From: Thermodesulfobacteriota bacterium
Lineage (GTDB): Bacteria; Desulfobacterota; Desulfarculia; JACQYL01
NCBI GenBank assembly: GCA_963675595.2
Contig: CAXXLZ010000002.1
Coordinates: 3,072,001-3,136,000 of the forward strand
Direction of reading: 5' to 3'
DNA length: 64,000 bases
In this document: positions 51,875 through 60,600 of the stretch, piece by piece
Layout of the letters: each line of letters starts with the position of its first letter
Numbering within the stretch: position 1 is the first letter of the stretch
Translations under genes and position numbers: made by a program
The notes under the pieces: model-generated
The model's database searches: none
Told to the model about the DNA's origin: nothing
What the model saw: the letters and a program-made list of their open reading frames with translations, nothing else

Positions 51875-54800
51875 ATGAAGGAAACCAAGCCCGGAGAAGA
51901 GAAACCCGTTAACGCCGGGCAGACGGGGATCAGTGAAACGTCGACCTCGGGAACCGGCCGGCGTCTTTCGGATGACTCGGATGAACGCCTCCACGAACTT
52001 CGCGTTTACCAGGCTGAACTGGAAATGCAAAACGAAGAGCTGCGCGCCGCGCAGGAAGCTCTTGCCGAGTCCCGAGACCGGTTCTCCACCCTGTTTCACC
52101 GAGCCCCGGTAGGATACGTGGTGCTCGATGAGGTCGGTCTGATTCTGGAGGCCAACGAGACTTTCGCCCGGATGGTCCATTGTCCCATGGATCGCATAAG
52201 AGGGCGAGCCTTCGCCGCATTCCTGGAGGAAGAGCACTCCAGGACCTTTCAGTCCCGCTTCAGGGCGTTGTTCCGAAACCCCAAGGGCAAACGCATGGAG
52301 GTGGAACTCCGTTCAGTAGAACGGTCACTTTCCGTGCAACTGGACGCCTCTTATGCTGATTCGATCAAGGCGCCTAGTTCGAGCAAGGCTTCCGCCCTGC
52401 TCCTCACCGTCAGCGACATATCGGATCGTAAACGGGCCGAAGAGGATCGGCGGCATTCCCTTTCCTTGCTGGAGGCCGCGTTGGAGTCCACCGCCGACGG
52501 CATCCTTATCGTGGCCTCCGACGGAACATGGTCCGGTTTCAATCAAAAGTTCATCGACATGTGGCGGATTCCGGAGCCGGTCCTCAAGTCCGGGGATGAT
52601 CGCAGGGCCTTGGAACATGTGCTCGACGTTGTGGCGGATCCCGACGGATTCCTGGACACGGTGAAGGAAATCCATGGGGACTCCCATCGGGTATCGTTGG
52701 ACACGGTCACCATGAAAGACGGCCGCATTCTTGAGCGATACTCCCAACCACATCGCGTGGGTGATGAAACCGTTGGTCGGGTCTGGAGTTTCAGGGACAC
52801 CACAGACCACAAAAGAGACCGAAAGCGGCTGGAAGAAGCCTTGAGAGAGGCCAGACGGCATCAGCGGGAAACACAAGGCCTCCTGGACGCCTCGCACGCC
52901 GTCCTGGAATGTCGCAGTTTCGAGGAATCCGCCCGCCGGATCTTTGATGCCTGCCGCGAAGCCACGGGAGCCCCTTCCGGGTACATAGCGTTATTGAGTG
53001 AAGACGGGGAGGAAAACGAACTGGTGTTCCTGGAATCCGGAGGCCTGCCCTGCGCCGTGGATCCGGCGCTTCCCATGCCGGTGCGAGGCCTTCGGGCCGA
53101 GGCGTATAACCGCGCTGAAGTCGTGTACGACAACGACTTCATGAACAGCAAATGGGTTCGCTACATGCCCCCCGGCCATATGAACATGCGGAACGTACTC
53201 TTCGCGCCCATCGTCGGCGACGGAAAAGCCGTGGGAGTCATCGGGCTGGCCAACAAGCCCGATGACTTCACCCCGGAAGACGTACGCATCGCGCGGGCTT
53301 TGGGCGACATGGCGGCCATAGCGCTGCGCCGAAGCGAACAGTTGATGGAGACGATCCTCGACACCATTCCGGCACCGGTATTCTACAAAGACCTTCAAGG
53401 CGTCTATCTGGGGTGTAATCGGGCTTTCCAGAAGCTGTTCGGCCTGAGCAAGGATGACATCGTGGGTCGCACCGCCTTGGATATTGCTCCCCCCGAACTC
53501 GCTCGGCGCTACCACCAAGCAGATCTGGCATTGATGGAACACGGTGAAATCCAGGTTTACGAAACGGAAGCCGAGAATGCCCTTGGAGAGAGGCGACAGG
53601 TGGTCTTCCACAAGGCCCCCTTTCGTGGACCGGGCGGCGCCGTCATGGGCATCGTCGGCGCCATGCTGGACATAACCGAGCGACAACAGGCCGAGCGCCG
53701 GCTCAAGAACGCCCATGAACAAACCACGGCCCTCATGGATTCGGTGCAGGCCGGAATCGTTCTGGTTCAGTCTGAAGACCGGGTCATCGTGGAAGCCAAT
53801 CCCGCCGCCGCCCGACTGATGAACGTCCCGATGGAAGAGCTGATCGGAAATAACGCCAAGAAGTACTTATGCCCGAGAGAAGTGGACGAATGCCCGGTTT
53901 TGGATTTAGGACAGGAACTGGAGGACTCGGAACGAACCCTCTACACACCCGACGGCCGGACCATACCCATTCTCAAGACCGTGACCCGTATTAAGCTCAA
54001 CGGCCAAGAACATCTGCTCGAATCCTTCGTGGATATTTCGAGCCTGAAACAAGCGGAGGAAGAACTGCGGGCGGGCGAAGCACGAATGCGAGCCATCACG
54101 GAATCGGCCCAGGACGGGATCGTGATGATGAATCCCGACGGGAATATCTCTTTCTGGAACACCGCGGCGGAGCGAATATTTGGCTATGGCCGAGATGAAG
54201 TGGTGGGAGTCGACCTGCATAGTCTTCTGGCGCCGAGGCGTTACCTTTCCAAACATCGGAAGGGCTTCTCTCGTTTTCGGGCGACCGGCCTCGGCTCCGC
54301 CGTGGGAAAGACCCTGGAATTGCAGGCCCGGCACAAACACGGGCAGGAAGTGTCCGTGGAACTGTCCCTCTCGGCGATCCGGCAGACCGACGGCTGGCAT
54401 GCGGTGGGCGTCATAAGGGATATCACCGAGCGTAAACGGGCCGAAGAGGAACTCTTGGAAATCAACCGGCAACTCGAAGACGCCACCGCACGCGCCAACG
54501 CAATGGCCCTCCAGGCCGAAATGGCCAATATCGCCAAGAGCGAATTTTTGGCCAACATGAGTCACGAAATTCGCACCCCCATGAACGGGGTGATCGGCAT
54601 GACGGGTTTGTTGCTGGATACCGGGCTGACGGAGGAACAGCGCAGATATGCCGAAATCGTGAAATCCAGCGGGGAGTCCCTGCTGTCCATCATCAACGAC
54701 ATCCTGGATTTTTCGAAAATCGAAGCCGGCAAGCTGGACCTGGAAGTGTTGGATTTTGATCTAAGGGAACTCTTGGACGATTTCTCCGCGACCATGGCTT

Positions 54801-56488
54801 TGCGTGCCCATGAGAAGGGGTTGGAATGGCTTTGTAGCGCCGATCCGGAGGTTCCTTCGGCACTGCGGGGCGACCCCGGGCGTCTCAGACAGATTCTGAC
54901 CAACTTGGCGGGCAACGCGGTCAAGTTCACCCAAACCGGCGAGGTGGCCGTACGGGTGTCGTTGGAATCGGAAACAGCGGACGATACGGTACTCAAGATT
55001 TCGGTACGCGATACGGGTATCGGCATACCTGAAAAGAAGCTGACGCGGCTGTTCGGCAAGTTTTTCCAAGTGGACGCCTCCACGACCCGGCGATTCGGCG
55101 GCACGGGTCTGGGCCTGGCCATCTCGAAACAACTGGCCGAAATGATGGGCGGGGAGGTCGGAGTCGACAGTCGAGAGGGACAAGGGTCCGAGTTCAGGTT
55201 CACCGTTCGTCTGGGCAAACAGCCTCCGAGGGAATGCCCGGAGTCGGGCTCGACGCAACATTTTGAAGACGTGCGCGTGCTGGTTGTGGACGACAACGCG
55301 ACCAACAGGGAGGTGTTGTCCAAGCGTCTTTCCTTCTGGGGAATGCGCCCGCAGGAGGCCCAAGACGGTCCGTCGGCCCTCGAGGCCCTGTCGCGAGGGA
55401 CGGATGAGGACGACCCCTTTCGGGTGGCGGTGATCGACATGCAGATGCCGGGCATGGACGGCGAGGATTTGGCCCGAGCAGTCAAAGGCGACCCGCGAAT
55501 TTCCGCAACCCCCATGGTGATGTTGACGTCCTTGGGCGTTCGTTCGGACGGCTTCCGTCCGGCCGAAACGGGCATCGTGGCGTGCCTGAACAAACCCACG
55601 CGAGATCGGGAGCTTTTCGGCGTGCTCTCCAAAATTCTTGCAGGTCGGGATCCGGATGGCGCTCTGGAGGACGAAGCCGCGGGGACCACTTCAAAAAGGG
55701 AAGCGAGTATCCCATTTTCCTTTTCAAATAAGCGCGTTCTGCTCGCCGAGGACAACCTCACCAATCAGCAGGTGGCTCTCGCGGTACTCAAAAAGTTCGG
55801 AATTCAAGCCGACGTCGTGTCGAACGGCGCAGAGGCTGTTCGAGCACTGGGAAAAACCGCCTACGACCTGGTCCTCATGGACGTGCAGATGCCTGTGATG
55901 GACGGGTTGGAAGCCGCTCGCAGGATCCGAAAACCGCGCTCCGCGGTTCTCAATCATGAGATTCCCATTATCGCAATGACGGCTCGCGCCTTGAAAGGCG
56001 ATCGTGAGAAATGCCTGGAATCCGGCATGAACGACTACCTCCCCAAACCGATCGAGATCGAGGGCCTGGCCGAAGTACTTCACAGGTGGCTGGGCATGGA
56101 AGAGGAAGCTCGGGAGAAGCGGGAACCGGAAGAAGACAAGGCGCTTGAACAGGATCACGAAGTGTTCGATCGAAAGGCTTTGTTGCAGCGACTGATGAAT
56201 GATGAAGAGCTGATGAAGACGATAGTGGGTGTATTTCTATCGGATATGCCTGTTCAGATGGCATTGTTGAAGGCTTCTTTGGACCGAGGCGATCCTTCAG
56301 AGTGTGAACGCTTGGCCCACAGCATCAAGGGGGCATCCGCCGGCGTCGGAGGGGAGGGATTTCGAGCAGCGGCTCTTCAAATGGAGCAAGCCTCCAGATC
56401 GGGAAATCTAAACGAGGTAAAGGCGCTTTATCCCGAGCTGGAGATGCGGTTCGAGCAGCTGAAGGCGGCAATGGAACATGCGGAATAA
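51875..56488 (+). CDS. Unorthodox hybrid kinase (coil-PAS-PAS-GAF-PAS x3-HisKA-HATPase-REC-REC-HPt)
   Basis: ELEMQNEELR, FLANMSHEIRTPMNG, GDPGRLRQIL, FGGTGLGL, two REC domains, HPt motif LAHSIKGAS. Confidence 0.95.
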   Translation: MKETKPGEEKPVNAGQTGISETSTSGTGRRLSDDSDERLHELRVYQAELEMQNEELRAAQEALAESRDRFSTLFHRAPVGYVVLDEVGLILEANETFARMVHCPMDRIRGRAFAAFLEEEHSRTFQSRFRALFRNPKGKRMEVELRSVERSLSVQLDASYADSIKAPSSSKASALLLTVSDISDRKRAEEDRRHSLSLLEAALESTADGILIVASDGTWSGFNQKFIDMWRIPEPVLKSGDDRRALEHVLDVVADPDGFLDTVKEIHGDSHRVSLDTVTMKDGRILERYSQPHRVGDETVGRVWSFRDTTDHKRDRKRLEEALREARRHQRETQGLLDASHAVLECRSFEESARRIFDACREATGAPSGYIALLSEDGEENELVFLESGGLPCAVDPALPMPVRGLRAEAYNRAEVVYDNDFMNSKWVRYMPPGHMNMRNVLFAPIVGDGKAVGVIGLANKPDDFTPEDVRIARALGDMAAIALRRSEQLMETILDTIPAPVFYKDLQGVYLGCNRAFQKLFGLSKDDIVGRTALDIAPPELARRYHQADLALMEHGEIQVYETEAENALGERRQVVFHKAPFRGPGGAVMGIVGAMLDITERQQAERRLKNAHEQTTALMDSVQAGIVLVQSEDRVIVEANPAAARLMNVPMEELIGNNAKKYLCPREVDECPVLDLGQELEDSERTLYTPDGRTIPILKTVTRIKLNGQEHLLESFVDISSLKQAEEELRAGEARMRAITESAQDGIVMMNPDGNISFWNTAAERIFGYGRDEVVGVDLHSLLAPRRYLSKHRKGFSRFRATGLGSAVGKTLELQARHKHGQEVSVELSLSAIRQTDGWHAVGVIRDITERKRAEEELLEINRQLEDATARANAMALQAEMANIAKSEFLANMSHEIRTPMNGVIGMTGLLLDTGLTEEQRRYAEIVKSSGESLLSIINDILDFSKIEAGKLDLEVLDFDLRELLDDFSATMALRAHEKGLEWLCSADPEVPSALRGDPGRLRQILTNLAGNAVKFTQTGEVAVRVSLESETADDTVLKISVRDTGIGIPEKKLTRLFGKFFQVDASTTRRFGGTGLGLAISKQLAEMMGGEVGVDSREGQGSEFRFTVRLGKQPPRECPESGSTQHFEDVRVLVVDDNATNREVLSKRLSFWGMRPQEAQDGPSALEALSRGTDEDDPFRVAVIDMQMPGMDGEDLARAVKGDPRISATPMVMLTSLGVRSDGFRPAETGIVACLNKPTRDRELFGVLSKILAGRDPDGALEDEAAGTTSKREASIPFSFSNKRVLLAEDNLTNQQVALAVLKKFGIQADVVSNGAEAVRALGKTAYDLVLMDVQMPVMDGLEAARRIRKPRSAVLNHEIPIIAMTARALKGDREKCLESGMNDYLPKPIEIEGLAEVLHRWLGMEEEAREKREPEEDKALEQDHEVFDRKALLQRLMNDEELMKTIVGVFLSDMPVQMALLKASLDRGDPSECERLAHSIKGASAGVGGEGFRAAALQMEQASRSGNLNEVKALYPELEMRFEQLKAAMEHAE

Positions 56489-56515
56489 CGCAGTGAAAAC
56501 CTCACGAGGATTATC

Positions 56516-57442
56516 GTGAAAATACTGATTGCCGAAGACGACGCCACCACTCGTTTGATGTTGGCCGCCCTGTTGCGCAAGGGGGGATACGACGTGGTGG
56601 AAACGACCAACGGTGCGGAAGCCTGGGACGTCCTACAGAAACCGGATGCGCCCAAGATGGCCGTTCTGGATTGGATGATGCCGGTGATGGACGGCGTGGA
56701 CGTTTGCCGTCGCCTTCGAGCGATGCCTACCACGGACCCGCCGTACCTGATCCTGCTGACTTCGCGGGATGATGAAAACAGCATTGTGGAGGGGCTTGAC
56801 GCAGGCGCAAATGATTATCTGACCAAACCGTTCCGGAGCGAGGAACTGCGAGCCCGTCTCGGGGTAGGCGGGCGGATGCTGCAACTGCAGGCCGACCTGA
56901 ACGGAGCGAAAGCCGCGCTAGCCCACGAGGCCATGCACGATGCGTTGACCGGTGTCTTCAACCGCCGAGCGATTCTCGAAGGGCTTTCCAGAGAACACTC
57001 GCGCGCGGAGAGACGGGGTTCAACCTTGAGCATCGGCCTTTGCGATATCGATCATTTCAAGCAGGTCAACGACTGCTACGGACACCTGGTGGGGGACGAA
57101 GTGCTGAAGATTGTGGCGGGGGTTATTCGGTCCAACCTCCGAAGGTACGATCTGCTCGGCAGGTACGGCGGGGAGGAATTCCTGGTTGTGGTGCCCTATT
57201 CCAGTGGTACGGCCGACGAATCAATCTATGAACGGTTGAGAAAGGCGGTGGCTCAGACGCAGATCGCCGTGGGAGAGGACGGTTTGCGTGTTGCCGTCAG
57301 CGTGGGCGTAGCTGGAGGTACTGGCGGAACCTCGCCCGATCAGCTGCTGGCGGAAGCGGATTCAGCACTGTATCGAGCCAAAAACGCGGGACGGAACCGC
57401 GTCGTTTACGCGGACCCGAAGAACCGTCCACCGAATTCGTGA
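56516..57442 (+). CDS. REC-GGDEF diguanylate cyclase
   Basis: LIAEDD, LDWMMP, DALTGVFNRR, DIDHFKQVND, I-site RRYD, GGEEF. Confidence 0.95.
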   Translation: MKILIAEDDATTRLMLAALLRKGGYDVVETTNGAEAWDVLQKPDAPKMAVLDWMMPVMDGVDVCRRLRAMPTTDPPYLILLTSRDDENSIVEGLDAGANDYLTKPFRSEELRARLGVGGRMLQLQADLNGAKAALAHEAMHDALTGVFNRRAILEGLSREHSRAERRGSTLSIGLCDIDHFKQVNDCYGHLVGDEVLKIVAGVIRSNLRRYDLLGRYGGEEFLVVVPYSSGTADESIYERLRKAVAQTQIAVGEDGLRVAVSVGVAGGTGGTSPDQLLAEADSALYRAKNAGRNRVVYADPKNRPPNS

Positions 57443-57607
57443 CGGGCGATGGGTTGGGGCGTCCGTTTTCCTTCCGGGTACGGAGTTGGGGCCCTCTGGA
57501 AATGAGGCGCCGAACAGGCGATCGGTGGGACCTGACCCGATTATATACGGGGGCTCGGCAAATTCTCGGGTATTCGTATTAAAAATTTCCACTTGAGCCG
57601 CAAAAAC

Positions 57608-60600
57608 ATGAAAGAAGGACTCGTGAATCAAGAAGAGAGCGCGCCCCGAGGGGCATTTGCGGTCGTGGTCAATGACGACGCCACGCAGCTGAACCTGCTT
57701 TCTCTGTTGCTGCGCAAAGCCGGTCTGGAGACCCGCATGTTCTCCGATGGGGAGGCCGCCCTGGCCGCCGTGTCCGCCTGGGAGCGGGCATCCGGTGATG
57801 ATTCGGACGCAGTGCCGGCTCTCATCGTGACCGATCTCCATATGCCGGGCATTGATGGATGGCGTCTTTGCCGCCTGCTGCGTTCTCCCGACTATGCCGC
57901 GTTCAACCGGGTCCCCATCCTGGTGGTATCCGCGACCTATGGCGGTGAGGAAGCTTCCCTGATCGCAGCCGATCTGGGCGCCGACGGCTTCATGTCTTCT
58001 CAGGTGGACGGCGCACGGTTCATTGAGAAGGTTCAATCGCTCCTTCGCGGCGAACACGTCCGGGAACGCCTCCGCGTTCTCATTGTGGAGGACGGCAAAG
58101 CCTTGTCCGATGTGCTCAAAGAAACGTTTGAAAAGGGCGGGTATCATCCTGAAACGGCAGCGACGGTGGAAGAGGCGATAACCAAGTTTGGTCGATCGAG
58201 TTACGACTTGGCCGTGATCGACTACCGTCTGCCCGACGGGAACGGAGGGCGGTTGCTGGATTTGTTTCGAAGAGAGCGGCCGGGCTGCACGTGCCTCATG
58301 ATGACCGCGGACCCGGATCCTAGATTGGCCCTGGATTGGATGAAACGCGGCGCCGCCGCTTTTCTGAGGAAGCCTTTCGATCCGGAGTATCTCATCGAGG
58401 TTTGCGAAAAAGCTCGGAGGGAGAGAACCCTTTTGGGAGTTCAGGATCGGCTCGAGGAACGGACCCGGGAACTTCGGCGGAGCGAGGAACGTTTGCGGCT
58501 GGCCCTTGCGGGAGCGAATCTCGGCACATGGGACCGGCACGTTCCTAGCGGGGCGGTGATCGTCAACGAACGATGGGCGGAAATGTTGGGCTGTTCCTTG
58601 GACGAAATCGAGCCCCACGTCCGGGCCTGGGAGTCCCTGCTCCATCCGGAAGACAGGCCTCGAGTGATGAAGATCCTGCAGTCTCACTTGGACGGCCTTT
58701 CGTACGCCTATGAGTCGGAACACCGCCTGCGCCACAAGTCCGGCGACTGGGTTTGGGTGCTGGACAAAGGCCGAGTGATCGAACGGGATGCGCAAGAGAA
58801 TCCCGTGCGCATGTGCGGGACGCACATGGACATCACCGAACTCAAGCGCACGGACGAAGCCCGACGAAACAGTGAACGGCAGTTCGAATCTCTCTTCCTG
58901 GAATCGCCGGTTTCCATCATCATTCACGATAAGGATACCGGGGAAATCCTCGATGCGAATCCTTCGGCCGTCGCAGCCTACGGGTTTTCGTCCATTGAGG
59001 AGCTCAAAGCGAATGATTTTTGGGCGGATCCTCCCTACTCCGCCGAAGAGGCTTTGGGTTGGATTCGCAAGACGGCCCTGGAAGGGCCGCAGCGATTCGA
59101 ATGGCTCAACCGAAAAAGGACCGGTGAGCTCCTCTCGGAGCAGGTTCGGCTGGTTCCGGTGAGCATCGGAGGCGTGGATCGAATTCTGGCCACGGGTATC
59201 GACATTACCGCAAGGCGACGGGCCGAGGAGGCGCTAAGAGCGAGTGAAGCCCGATATGAGGAGGTCATCTCCAACATCTCCGACATTGTTTGGCGCTATG
59301 AGGTGGATGATCACGGCAAGTGTGTGGACAGTTACATTTCCACGGTTGCGGACCGGATTCTGGGTTTGTCCGAGGGAACCGTGGGAGACAGCTTCGAAGC
59401 ATTCCTCTCTCACGTGCATCCGGAGGATGTACCGGCGGTTTGGAAGGCGATGAAAGAGGGTTTGGCGTCGCGCACGCGGGATGCGAGTATCGAGTATCGG
59501 CTGTGCAGAGGCGACGGCGCCGTGGTGTGGGTGCGCTCCCACGGATCCGCGTACCTGCAACCGAACGGCCATGTGGTCGCTTTCGGCACCACGGCGGATA
59601 TCACCGAGCTTAAGCGGGCCGGAAGCAGATTGAAGGAAAGCGAGACCAACTTCCGCAACTTTTTCGAGACCATGACCGACATGATCATGGTGGCGACTCC
59701 GGAAGGTCGGATTCTCCACTGCAACGCCGCAACCGAAAGAAGACTGGGATATAGTGCGGAAGAATTGACCGCCATGCACGTGGCCGACGTTCATCCTAAA
59801 GAGGAGAGACCGGAGGCCGAGAGGGTGTTCGCGGCCGTACTTCGAGGGGAACGGGACGCTTGTCCATTGCCCCTGGTCGCCAGAGGAGGCGAGATCATTC
59901 CGGTGGAGACCCGTCTGTGGTCCGGCAAGTGGAACGAGCGGGACTGCATCTTCTGCATGAGCAAGGACCTGACCGCGGAACGGGAAGCGCAACAGCGGTT
60001 CGAAAGTCTATTTCGGAACAATCCCACTCCCATGGCGCTGTCCGACCTGCCGGACCGTTGTTTTGTGGATGTCAACGACGCTTTTCTGGAGACCCTGGGC
60101 TATGATGTTTCGGAGGTCATCGGAAAAAGCACCGAGGAACTCGGGCTGTTCCCGGACCCGAAGCAACAGGCGTTGACAGCGGACAAACTGGAACATGAAG
60201 GACGAGTCAACGGCATCGAACTCCAGGTGCGGCGCAAAGACGGAAAGATATTGGACGGTCTGTTTTCGGGAGAGGTCCTCAGCGCTCAAGGTCGGCAATA
60301 CCTACTGACGGTCATGGTCGATGTGACGGAGCGCAAACAGATGGAGAAGGCGCTCCGGGCGGCGGAAGAAACCTACAGAAACATCTTTCTCAATTCTCAG
60401 ATCGGACTTTTCAGGACCCATATGGACTCCGGGATGCTCCTGGAGGCGAACAACGCGCACGCCGTGTTTCTGGGGTATCCGGACAGGGCTTCGTTGTTCG
60501 CCGAACCTTTCAGTATTGCCGAACAATATGTGAATCCCGCGGATCGGATGGAGATGATTCGGGTCTTGAAGGCCCGCGGGGAACTCCGAAATTATGAAGC

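Noticed and set aside
57362-58927. 521-aa minus-strand ORF, and similar 400-aa antisense ORFs at 50369-51634 and 54562-55764
   Set aside because: Antisense to clear kinase genes; explained by codon bias.
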